Virus record (IMG/VR): IMGVR_UViG_3300017782_000001
DNA length: 64,000 bases
DNA from: a virus
Reading direction: 5' to 3' (one strand)
Numbering within the stretch: the stretch's first letter is position 1; every line of letters starts with the position of its first letter. The notes under the pieces are model-generated. The model saw only the letters and a program-made list of their open reading frames with translations. It was not told the origin of the DNA and did no database searches. Below, piece after piece: positions 29,587 to 38,277 of this stretch. The translations under genes and the position numbers were made by a program.

Positions 29587-30481
29587 AAGAATATGGGGTA
29601 TGGCAGGTCATGGTCATGATGCTAGCATTACTGTTTGGTATGACACAGACGTAATGGTTGAGCACTATACTTCTGAGCCTTATCATAAATATGAAGATGT
29701 AGAGTCGTTAAAGAAAAAGTTTGGTGCACCTGATTTAGTTGTATGGTACGAAAATCCTTATCTAAAATCTATTAGACAATGGTGGGCTGGCCAAAAAAAT
29801 CCTTTTCAAAGAAATAATGTTAGAAAAATTTTAGACGATTTAGGACTTGATCGTACTCGCTGGACATGGGTTGGCCACCACGAAGCTCACGCATCTTGGG
29901 CACTTAAATCACCTTTTGATAAAGCCTTGGTTTTTGTAATTGATTCTATTGGCGAATGGGATTGTACTTCAGTATGGAAGTATGACGGCGATCTTACAAA
30001 AAAAGCTTCAATTAGATATCCAGATAGCATAGGTTTATTTTATAGCTCAATGGTTAAAGAAGCAAAGCTTGTGCCACAAAAAGATGAAGCTCATTTTGAA
30101 TCACTAGCAGTAACACCAAGCCCGGCAATTAAAAATAAAATTAAAAGTGATCTTGTCCTTAGTGCTGGTTGGCAACCAAGATTCAGTAGAAATATGCATA
30201 GAGGATTAGGTGGGATATATGAAAATTTTAGAGCAGAAGACTTAGCATCTGCAACTCAAGAAATATTTGAAGAACTTATAGTTAATATGATTGAGCATTG
30301 GGTCAAAAAAACTGGTATTAAAAATATCATTTTAACAGGAGGATGCGCATATAATAAAAAAATTAGAAGTAAAATACCGTATACGCTATGGGTTCCACCA
30401 CGGCCACATGATGGAGGCTCAGCTTATAGTTGTGTGCTAGCTCATAACCGGACAGCACTTATAGATTCATTGAATACGTAG
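29576..30481 (+). CDS. carbamoyltransferase, N-terminal (Kae1-like) domain only
   Basis: GHDAS, HHEAHA, DSIGEW, SIGLFYS, TGGCAYN, DGGSA; TTG start with GGAG SD. Confidence 0.8.
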   Translation: MRSKRIWGMAGHGHDASITVWYDTDVMVEHYTSEPYHKYEDVESLKKKFGAPDLVVWYENPYLKSIRQWWAGQKNPFQRNNVRKILDDLGLDRTRWTWVGHHEAHASWALKSPFDKALVFVIDSIGEWDCTSVWKYDGDLTKKASIRYPDSIGLFYSSMVKEAKLVPQKDEAHFESLAVTPSPAIKNKIKSDLVLSAGWQPRFSRNMHRGLGGIYENFRAEDLASATQEIFEELIVNMIEHWVKKTGIKNIILTGGCAYNKKIRSKIPYTLWVPPRPHDGGSAYSCVLAHNRTALIDSLNT

Positions 30482-31148
30482 GTTTAGTTTTTTGCCAAGC
30501 TTCTGTAATAGGCCAAAGACAATCATCAATATATTGTTCAACCACTTCTTTTTCAATACCTAATGATTCCATTACGCGTGGGGTATGTGGATTTTGTCTT
30601 TGATTATAAACGTACCATGATTGGTTTGATGAGAAATCTTTAGAAGTTCTTTTTCCAATATGAGACAAGTGCATTTTTAGATTTTTAATTGCTAAGCTTA
30701 ATATTTGATCAACTTCAGCGTCTGTATTTACATTACCTGCAGCAATCATATGTGGACTAAAAATATTTTTTGCCCAGTCTGGAAGTTCTCTTTTCTTTGA
30801 TGGAATAAACTCCTTTACATTCTCTCCAAACTGTGTTATAATAGTACTATTATGGTCCATAGGAGAAAAGTCATGAAAAGCTCCAGTAACTTTCTTAGGA
30901 CCTGATATAATATCGAACCCGTAAATAGGAGAAGGATCATTAAAATGCGGATAAACTACTAAGTGTAACATCCATAGTTTTCGTGTTTCTGTAACATCAA
31001 TAATGTCTAAGTCAGCTCTTCTAAACTTTTCACATGGACCATACGATAAAGCAGGCCAAGGGAATTTATGAGTATGCTTTAGATCAGTGGTATCTTCTAA
31101 TATTTCTTGAAGATCATTGCTAGCTGATATTAACTTCTGAAACATCAT
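30459..31148 (-). CDS. pcyX: ferredoxin-dependent bilin reductase, PcyX/PcyA-like
   Basis: LWMLH..YP, PIYGFD, TGAFHDFSP, RELPDWA..IFS, Q..NPHT. Confidence 0.85.
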   Translation of the reverse strand: MMFQKLISASNDLQEILEDTTDLKHTHKFPWPALSYGPCEKFRRADLDIIDVTETRKLWMLHLVVYPHFNDPSPIYGFDIISGPKKVTGAFHDFSPMDHNSTIITQFGENVKEFIPSKKRELPDWAKNIFSPHMIAAGNVNTDAEVDQILSLAIKNLKMHLSHIGKRTSKDFSSNQSWYVYNQRQNPHTPRVMESLGIEKEVVEQYIDDCLWPITEAWQKTKPTYSMNL

Positions 31149-31707
31149 AGTATTCTTCTAGCTCCTTAAATAAATTGATTGCAAATTGAAAACAAGTTTT
31201 AGCTTCATCAGCCATATCATCAGACAAATCTTCTCTAATGCTAGTAATTAATTCTTTTTTATTTTCGAAATTATACATAGTTGACCAAGAATTAGGATCA
31301 GGGTTTTTTCCCATCCAGTCTATATTTTGTGGAGAAGGAATAGCTTTTGAAATCATTTGACCACCATACATATCCCCAAAATGTCTAACATATATGTGTG
31401 CCAATACTTGCTTTCTTTTCATTTTACTACAATACTTAATGTACTTATTAACAGAAGGAAAAATCTTAGGTGAGAAATCATAAAAGCTTCGATCATGCGC
31501 AATATTCATTGCGCGCTCCAGACCAGGAAGTTCTTCCAAAATACCAAAATGATCAGCCCTGTCTTCTAAAGCAAGATAACAAGCAACTTGATTATTTAGG
31601 TATAGAGCATATTGCTCTGCTGTCATTTTATGAGACACCAGAAGCTTTGCCCACGGCATGTTCTCCGCTTCAAGGTGAATATCTTTTGTCAATTCTTTAA
31701 GGGACAT
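31120..31707 (-). CDS. hemO: heme oxygenase
   Basis: LKELTKDIH..AE, AHIYVRHFGDMYGGQ, EA..CF; start ATG 31707 with GGAG SD. Confidence 0.92.
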   Translation of the reverse strand: MSLKELTKDIHLEAENMPWAKLLVSHKMTAEQYALYLNNQVACYLALEDRADHFGILEELPGLERAMNIAHDRSFYDFSPKIFPSVNKYIKYCSKMKRKQVLAHIYVRHFGDMYGGQMISKAIPSPQNIDWMGKNPDPNSWSTMYNFENKKELITSIREDLSDDMADEAKTCFQFAINLFKELEEYYDVSEVNIS

Positions 31708-31717
31708 ATATAACTCC

Positions 31718-32599
31718 ATGATCCATGTTATTGGCGACATTATAATAGATGAGTACCTATTAGGTTCATCTACCAGATTATCACCTGAAGCACCTATACC
31801 AGTTGTAGATCTAAAACGAAAGCGCTACTCTTTAGGTGGTGCTGGTAATGTATTTATGAACGTAAAATCTGCCACAGAAGACGTAAGTCTATATGGCTAT
31901 ATTGATGACGCTCATAGTTATATATTAAAGAAAATAAAGCCAAAGGGTAAAATTAGCGAATGTGATTTAATGCCGCTTAAAACAAGAATTGTAGCAAATG
32001 ATCATATGTTAGTTAGAGTTGACACTGAAGAATATATTGAAGAAACAATTATCGAAGATTCTTTTTCAATTAAAAACGAATATGATATTGTAGTTTTATC
32101 AGATTATAATAAAGGGACTGTAAAAAACCCGCAGTCAATAATCACTAAAAGTAAAAGGTGTATTGTAGATCCAAAGGTATCATTAGATTATTATAAAAAT
32201 GCGTATGTGTTAAAACCAAACAAAAAAGAATTTGAAGACTATATTGGTGAAAGTAACCTATCGCCTAAACATCTGCTGGTGCACGCGCGGCGCGTGCGGG
32301 ATGAGCTTAATGTAGATAATTTTATTGTTACTCTTGGATCAGAAGGTGTACTTTTAGTAGGAGATCAAATAGAACACTATCCTGCAACATCAACAGAAGT
32401 TTCAGATGTCACTGGAGCAGGGGATACATTTACTGCAACATTAGCGATATGTTTATGGATGAACTTACCAGTGTATCTGGCAGTACGAATAAGTAATACT
32501 ATGGCTGGAGAAGCTGTGAAAAGACATGGTACGTATTTGATTGATTATAACAAATTAGCAGAAGAGATAGAAAATGAAAAAATTATTAGTAACAGGTGA
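31718..32599 (+). CDS. rfaE1: heptose-7-phosphate kinase (HldE domain I-like, PfkB family)
   Basis: RLSPEAPIPV, GGAGNV, SDYNKG, VDPK, DVTGAGDT. Confidence 0.93.
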   Translation: MIHVIGDIIIDEYLLGSSTRLSPEAPIPVVDLKRKRYSLGGAGNVFMNVKSATEDVSLYGYIDDAHSYILKKIKPKGKISECDLMPLKTRIVANDHMLVRVDTEEYIEETIIEDSFSIKNEYDIVVLSDYNKGTVKNPQSIITKSKRCIVDPKVSLDYYKNAYVLKPNKKEFEDYIGESNLSPKHLLVHARRVRDELNVDNFIVTLGSEGVLLVGDQIEHYPATSTEVSDVTGAGDTFTATLAICLWMNLPVYLAVRISNTMAGEAVKRHGTYLIDYNKLAEEIENEKIISNR

Positions 32600-33404
32600 T
32601 AAAGGTTTTATCGGAAAGCGTGTTGCCGAACAATTTTACGGCGCTGGTTGGAACGTTGATGGATGCGATTATAATGAGGCAGTACCAAATGTTTCAGGGT
32701 ACGATTTAGTAATTCATTTAGGAGCTATATCATCTACTAATAACAGAGATGCTGAAGCAATATACAAACAAAATTATCAGTATAGTATAGATCTTATGAA
32801 TAGTTGCCTTATAGACAATGTACATTTTCAGTATGCTTCATCTGCAAGCGTCTATGGTACAAACACAAACTTTGAAGAAGATTCTCCAAAAAATCCTCAA
32901 AGTGGCTATGCATGGTCAAAGTTTTATTTAGATCAGTACGCTGAAAAGGTTATGAGCTTTCCAACTTCTAGTACTATACAAGGATTTAGATATTTTAATG
33001 TGTATGGTGCTGGAGAAGAACATAAATTACAACCTTCGCCTATTACGTTTTTTACTAATCAGGCAAAAGAAACAGGGATAATTAAAGTATTTGAAGATAG
33101 CGCAAATTTTAAGAGAGATTTTATAAACGTATTTGATATTTGTAGTTTACACTTAGCGTTAGCAGAAAAGCCTGAGTCTGGAATTTTTAATGTTGGAACA
33201 GGATCTACTGTAAGCTTTCAAGAAGTTGCAATACAAGTTGCTGAAAAATATGGTGCTGAAGTTGTAGAAGTTCCTATGCCAAATGATATTAAAGATCAAT
33301 ACCAAAAATATACGTGCGCAGATTTAACTAAATTAAATAAAATAATTCCACATAAAGATTGGTGTGAGTGGACAGTAGCGGAATATATTGACAATGCCTT
33401 ATAA
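32574..33404 (+). CDS. rfaD: ADP-L-glycero-D-manno-heptose 6-epimerase
   Basis: TG.KGFIG, HLGAISST, YASSASVYG, YAWSK, FRYFNVYG, YQKYTCAD. Confidence 0.9.
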   Translation: MKKLLVTGDKGFIGKRVAEQFYGAGWNVDGCDYNEAVPNVSGYDLVIHLGAISSTNNRDAEAIYKQNYQYSIDLMNSCLIDNVHFQYASSASVYGTNTNFEEDSPKNPQSGYAWSKFYLDQYAEKVMSFPTSSTIQGFRYFNVYGAGEEHKLQPSPITFFTNQAKETGIIKVFEDSANFKRDFINVFDICSLHLALAEKPESGIFNVGTGSTVSFQEVAIQVAEKYGAEVVEVPMPNDIKDQYQKYTCADLTKLNKIIPHKDWCEWTVAEYIDNAL

Positions 33405-34032
33405 TATGTGGGGTGAAACCCCTGTAGACCAAGAACAAGCCACCAACGAAGACTTTAATTTAACTGACAAAGAACGCTTGGCAAAATACACTAAACCAAT
33501 AGTTTGTTTTGATAGAGAAGGCGTATTGTTTGAATACAAAGAAGCTATAACTTCACGAGAAGAAGCCATTCCTATTAAAAGCTCGTTTGAAGCAATTGGT
33601 CTTATCCGAAGAAAAGGATATAAAATTGCTATGATTCATGATCAACCTGGAGTTTCTAAAAATTTAGTTACACACGAGCAAGTTGAAGATATAAATGCAT
33701 ACGTAATTGAACTGCTTGGCGAATCAAATTGCCCTAGCATTGATTGTATTTTATACAATGAAAGTAATGAAAAGTTTGATTATTATGGTAAACCAAATAA
33801 TGGTATGTTTTTAAGAATGCGTGACGAATTTGGTGTGCCATTCAAAGATGGATATTATATTGGACACGAATATCTTGATATTAAAATGGCAAAGAAATCT
33901 CAGCTGAAACCTGTGGCATTCCGCTTTTCTCCAGAAGATTTGAAAAAGTTGAACAGCTTTGCAATGAAAGACATAAAACGAAAAACAAAATTGGTCGATG
34001 ATCTAATGGATTTTGCACATTCATTACCTTAA
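33388..34032 (+). CDS. gmhB: HAD phosphatase, heptose-1,7-bisphosphate phosphatase-like
   Basis: FDREGVL, DQPGV, KP..GM; operon context. Confidence 0.7.
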   Translation: MTMPYNMWGETPVDQEQATNEDFNLTDKERLAKYTKPIVCFDREGVLFEYKEAITSREEAIPIKSSFEAIGLIRRKGYKIAMIHDQPGVSKNLVTHEQVEDINAYVIELLGESNCPSIDCILYNESNEKFDYYGKPNNGMFLRMRDEFGVPFKDGYYIGHEYLDIKMAKKSQLKPVAFRFSPEDLKKLNSFAMKDIKRKTKLVDDLMDFAHSLP

Positions 34033-34058
34033 AAAAAGGGGGGACTTTGTCCCCCCTT
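34031..34058 (-). terminator. rho-independent terminator between convergent operons
   Basis: AAGGGGGGAC-AAA-GTCCCCCCTT with T-tract on the minus strand. Confidence 0.88.
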
Positions 34059-34081
34059 GCTGCATGATGAGGTGCAACTCA

Positions 34082-34657
34082 TTATACAAAATCAGGTCCG
34101 CGGACCCAACCTACAAGAGCTCTTCTTGTTCCTTTAGTAACAGGAGAAACTCTATGTAGAAGATATGAAGGAAATAACATTATATCCCATTTATTCATAG
34201 GAATAGAAACTGGTTCTGGTCCTGTGAATAATTCAAAATCTCCTCCTTCAAAATCATCATTTAGTAAAATAGAAAAGGATAACTTTCTACCTTGTCCTTC
34301 ACCATCTTTTAGCATATTATCAATATGCCAAGTGTAATGTCCATTTTCTGGGTATTCACTATATTGTAAGCTTTCAATATAATTCAAAGCAAAAGAATAT
34401 TTTCCATTATTACTCATTTCAATTTTATGAGCTATATCATAGTAAATGTGTCGAGTATCTTCAGTTGCTTCAATCCATAATATATCAGATTTTCTTATGG
34501 AGCTATCGTTTCCATCTTTTTCAGGATTATTAATTTCAGCAGGCTGTGTATCATTAGCTTCAATATAGTTAACTAACTGGTTTATCCCATCTTTTGAAAA
34601 GCAATTAGGAATAATGGTTTCCCAAGAAGTTGGATTAGGATCTCTAAGAGCTAGCAT
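34082..34657 (-). CDS. 2OG-Fe(II) oxygenase
   Basis: WHID, RKLS, FEGG, FPSYLLHRV.PV, TR..LVGW. Confidence 0.92.
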   Translation of the reverse strand: MLALRDPNPTSWETIIPNCFSKDGINQLVNYIEANDTQPAEINNPEKDGNDSSIRKSDILWIEATEDTRHIYYDIAHKIEMSNNGKYSFALNYIESLQYSEYPENGHYTWHIDNMLKDGEGQGRKLSFSILLNDDFEGGDFELFTGPEPVSIPMNKWDIMLFPSYLLHRVSPVTKGTRRALVGWVRGPDFV

Positions 34658-36462
34658 TAATTAGGCACCTTTACAATTTTACCAATTTCTGGAAAATAAC
34701 AATATTCAATATCAGAATTTTCAAGAGTCCTAATAGCATCATTTATAGTTTCAACTAAAGGCTCACCACCAAGATTAAATGAAGTGTTGAATACAATAGG
34801 CATACCTGTTTTACGCTTAAATTCTTTAATTAGCGCGTGATAAGATGGATTTTCTTTTTCACTTACTGTTTGAATTCTACACGATCCATCGGTATGAATA
34901 ATGCTTGGAATTTTTGCTTCAACACCTTCTTTACAATTTACGGCGTACATCATATGCGGAGTTTTTTCCATGCCCCTTAAATCAAACCAATCATGTACAT
35001 CTTCTTCAAGAATTGTTCCTGCAAACGGCCTGAAATACTCACGATTTTTTACTAGATTAACGTAGTCTTTGCCATCTTCAAATGAAGGATCAAACAAAAT
35101 AGATCTATTACCTAAAGCTCTAGGTCCATTTTCAGATTTCCCTTGAAAGATTGTCACAATATTCTTTTGTGTTAACAAATCTACTACACCTTGATTATCA
35201 CAATCATAAATTGTATCACCTTCTGAAAGAAGACTTTTTATATCGTTTTCATCATAATCATATTCAGGTCCTAAGTATAACGTACTTCCATAATCTCTAA
35301 TTTCTTCATCATTAGAAATTAAGTAGTGATGATAAAGTGCTGCACCAATCGCAGTACCTGCATCATTAGAAACTGGCTCTACATATAATTCAATTTCTTC
35401 GTCTTTAAGTTGTTCAAGGAACCAATAGTTAGCAACACAATTCAAAGCATATCCGCCTGAAATAACAACATTTCTCTTACCTGTCATTTCAACAGCTTTT
35501 CTAATAAGCTTCAAAAGTTCTTCTTGTGTTTCTATTTGACATTTGTAAGCAACATCTCTAGCAATATTTGTTTTAGTCATATCGCCTTGACAGCTTTTCA
35601 TTTCTTCTTCTGTAGGCTGGAATTGACTATAGAACATAGCATTCAAAAACGCTGCATTAGGCGTATTTGGCGTAAAAATATTTCTATTAAATGAGCCTGG
35701 GATAGGAGAATCTGGATCAAAGAACGGAGGTAGATTTTTATTTGGTAAACCATAAGGAAATAAACCCATTGTTTTACCAGCTTCAATTGGCTGCCAACCA
35801 AGATATTGTGTAATAGCTTCGTAAACTTTAGTAATTCCGCCTCTATCATCAACAGCTAGTTCAATTTCATTTCCAGGTTCACCAATAAACTCTGCATCTC
35901 TTTTTCCAATTTGAGGAAAAATTGGATTTCTACAACCAACATGTTTATACTTTGTTTGGAAAACTGCAGGATAAGCACATTCAATAATAGATTCATATTC
36001 CCATACAGTTTCTTCGCCTGCAATTGGATCTTTATAATTTAGCATAGATCCAGCACCATCTGCAATAACAGCAACAGCGTCTTCAAATGGAGATCTATAA
36101 AACGCTGCAGCAGCATGCATTTTGTGGTGATTATCGGAAACTTCAATTACTTGAGGATGTTCACCACCGTATTCATCTCTAGCATCAATTAAATGCATTT
36201 TACGAGCAAGACCAGTATATACATCATCTCCACTAAAATCTACTTTAGCTCCCATATACAAAGGTTGAGTATGAGAAATGATCAGATAATCAATTTTATC
36301 GGTATATTCTTTAATTTTCATCATAGCAGCATAAGGGCCACCATCATATTTTTTACGAGAAAGTCTTTCTTCTTCAATAGCAAAAACAACTTCACCGTTT
36401 TTCAATAGACACACTGCAGCGTTATGACCTCTTGAAATACCAGCAATCCAAAAATCTTTCAT
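34657..36462 (-). CDS. carbamoyltransferase (NodU/CmcH/TobZ family), full length
   Basis: EEERLSR.K, HH..HA, GKTMGL, GPRALGNRS, RPFA, NTSFN. Confidence 0.94.
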   Translation of the reverse strand: MKDFWIAGISRGHNAAVCLLKNGEVVFAIEEERLSRKKYDGGPYAAMMKIKEYTDKIDYLIISHTQPLYMGAKVDFSGDDVYTGLARKMHLIDARDEYGGEHPQVIEVSDNHHKMHAAAAFYRSPFEDAVAVIADGAGSMLNYKDPIAGEETVWEYESIIECAYPAVFQTKYKHVGCRNPIFPQIGKRDAEFIGEPGNEIELAVDDRGGITKVYEAITQYLGWQPIEAGKTMGLFPYGLPNKNLPPFFDPDSPIPGSFNRNIFTPNTPNAAFLNAMFYSQFQPTEEEMKSCQGDMTKTNIARDVAYKCQIETQEELLKLIRKAVEMTGKRNVVISGGYALNCVANYWFLEQLKDEEIELYVEPVSNDAGTAIGAALYHHYLISNDEEIRDYGSTLYLGPEYDYDENDIKSLLSEGDTIYDCDNQGVVDLLTQKNIVTIFQGKSENGPRALGNRSILFDPSFEDGKDYVNLVKNREYFRPFAGTILEEDVHDWFDLRGMEKTPHMMYAVNCKEGVEAKIPSIIHTDGSCRIQTVSEKENPSYHALIKEFKRKTGMPIVFNTSFNLGGEPLVETINDAIRTLENSDIEYCYFPEIGKIVKVPN

Positions 36463-37415
36463 TATGTTCTCCCAGCAGCTGCTGCTACTTTAGCATCTAC
36501 TTCTTTACAAATTTCTCTAACTGCGGCATCATCTAGATACATAAGTCTGTCGTGTGCACGCGCATATTCATCTTCCATAGTAATACGGATAGGGTCATAT
36601 CTACGCTTTCCTTCGCCTAAATCAAGAACCTGAAAGGTTTTTGAATCTGGATAAGAAATATTCTCAGGATATGTTGAACCTACAACTACAACAGAAGGAA
36701 CATCTAATGCATAAGCCATGTGCTGTCCTACACTATCACAACCGATAAAACAATCTGCCGCATTAATAATTCCAGCCCAATGTCTTAAAGGAGCACCTTC
36801 AGGTTGAGCGACTGGTTGATTACATCCTAGCTTTTGATAATCTGTAGGAAACTCAGACATTAAAATAATAGCGTATTTTTCTTGAAGTTTTTTAATAACT
36901 TTTACAACATCATCCGGTCTAAATGATCTTCCTCCAGGATCAGCAATCGTATCACCAAAGGGTTGTGTAGATCTACCGAAAGGTTGAAAAACAATTAATC
37001 TTTGTTTAGAAGTTTTTTCTTTTACTTCACGAACAACCGCAGCTCCTTCTAAACCTTCAGGTGTATTAAGCACAAGAGTAGGTTTATTCATAGGCCTTAC
37101 GCCTTTAGAGCTCATCTCAATATCAAAAGCTTGAGTGATATTTGCTTTTTGGTTATAATACTCCCAAATACGATATGGCTCAAGACTTACACAATCTCTA
37201 GATTTGATCTTTTCTTCAAAAAGACCTTTATGCCAATTATCAAATACTCGTTTATGGAGAGTTGGGTGGCCATGGAACATGTCAGTTCCGCCTTCACAGA
37301 TAATGATAAAATCATCATCTGGATTTTCTTTTTCATACATTTCGAAAGCTGGAATAGAGCTAATAACTCTACCGGCGCCTCCGTTGACGAAGAACGCCTT
37401 TGATCTATTTTTCAC
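36462..37415 (-). CDS. GT9-like (ADP-heptose-type) glycosyltransferase
   Basis: GGAGR, FQPFG, FIGCDSVGQHMAYALDVPSVVVVGST; GTG start with GAGGTG SD. Confidence 0.8.
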   Translation of the reverse strand: MKNRSKAFFVNGGAGRVISSIPAFEMYEKENPDDDFIIICEGGTDMFHGHPTLHKRVFDNWHKGLFEEKIKSRDCVSLEPYRIWEYYNQKANITQAFDIEMSSKGVRPMNKPTLVLNTPEGLEGAAVVREVKEKTSKQRLIVFQPFGRSTQPFGDTIADPGGRSFRPDDVVKVIKKLQEKYAIILMSEFPTDYQKLGCNQPVAQPEGAPLRHWAGIINAADCFIGCDSVGQHMAYALDVPSVVVVGSTYPENISYPDSKTFQVLDLGEGKRRYDPIRITMEDEYARAHDRLMYLDDAAVREICKEVDAKVAAAAGRT

Positions 37416-37449
37416 TTTTTGCACCTCACGTGAACATTTATTTAGTAAT

Positions 37450-37478
37450 ATTATACAACATTTTTTAACCATTGTACA
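37450..37478 (-). promoter_or_regulatory. early promoter TGTACA-N17-TATAAT (late-like CTAAATA at 37439-37445)
   Basis: exact spacing. Confidence 0.75.
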
Positions 37479-37509
37479 GGATTATGTATAACGGTTAAAA
37501 ATATATTTT

Positions 37510-38277
37510 TTAGACTACGAGTCTTCCATTGGAATCGTATGTTCCTCCAGATACTCCACCAGGATCGCCTCCTGCAACATCTGGCTCTTCAGATCCATTA
37601 TCAACAGCACTAGGATCTGCTTGCCCTGGGAACATTGCTGTTACTACATTGTGCGGCATTAAGCCTGCAGCTTTGTATTTTGCAATTTTATTTACATTAT
37701 CGCTATCCCAGTCTTCCCAAGCCTGTTTAACATCTGCAGATAAAGCATTCCATGTTTCAGTATCTGCTTTTGTGTCAAGATAAAGATCGTGGCATGATGC
37801 TAAACTACCTTCAACACTTGTCCAAGATATAAAAGGAGGGAAATATGGCAGAGGTCTTTTTAGTTTATTAGTTTCAACATCCCACTTAACCTTGTTTCTA
37901 TCATATGTATGATCAGGTGCCGGCGGATGAATTCTTTTGTAAACTAATCCATCTGGCAGTGTGATTGACTTATGAGGAAAAACGTTAGAATCTCCTAAAT
38001 CAGAATCAGGATTCGGGTCATACATTGATGCAATTAATGCGCCTTCTGCAGTATTTGTATCAATTAAAAAGTGCCACTCATCCTCGGATAAAGTATCTTC
38101 AAAGTTATCTGGATCGTTGAGCGCTGTTACGTTTTGGACAATATATGAAGCATTACATTCTACATCATAGAATCTAGGACCTTTCCAAGTCCATGATGCG
38201 GATGAATCATTGTCATCTGTTAAATGAGTATAGTCATCTGCTACTTTATAAGTAAATTGTTTAGTTGTTTTTTCCAT
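37510..38277 (-). CDS. hypothetical protein, possibly fibre-assembly chaperone
   Basis: TAATG-coupled to last Cys-rich gene; function inferred from position only. Confidence 0.55.
   Translation of the reverse strand: MEKTTKQFTYKVADDYTHLTDDNDSSASWTWKGPRFYDVECNASYIVQNVTALNDPDNFEDTLSEDEWHFLIDTNTAEGALIASMYDPNPDSDLGDSNVFPHKSITLPDGLVYKRIHPPAPDHTYDRNKVKWDVETNKLKRPLPYFPPFISWTSVEGSLASCHDLYLDTKADTETWNALSADVKQAWEDWDSDNVNKIAKYKAAGLMPHNVVTAMFPGQADPSAVDNGSEEPDVAGGDPGGVSGGTYDSNGRLVV

Noticed and set aside
30459-31707. Cyanophage assignment (ho1/pebS/pcyA)
   Set aside because: No photosynthesis genes in the window; reductase motifs look PcyX-like and the hsp20 leader is proteobacterial-type. Host remains unproven
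31686-31714. Possible TTGTCA-N17-TATAAC promoter for rfaE1
   Set aside because: -10 lacks the conserved final T and lies only 3 nt from the ATG
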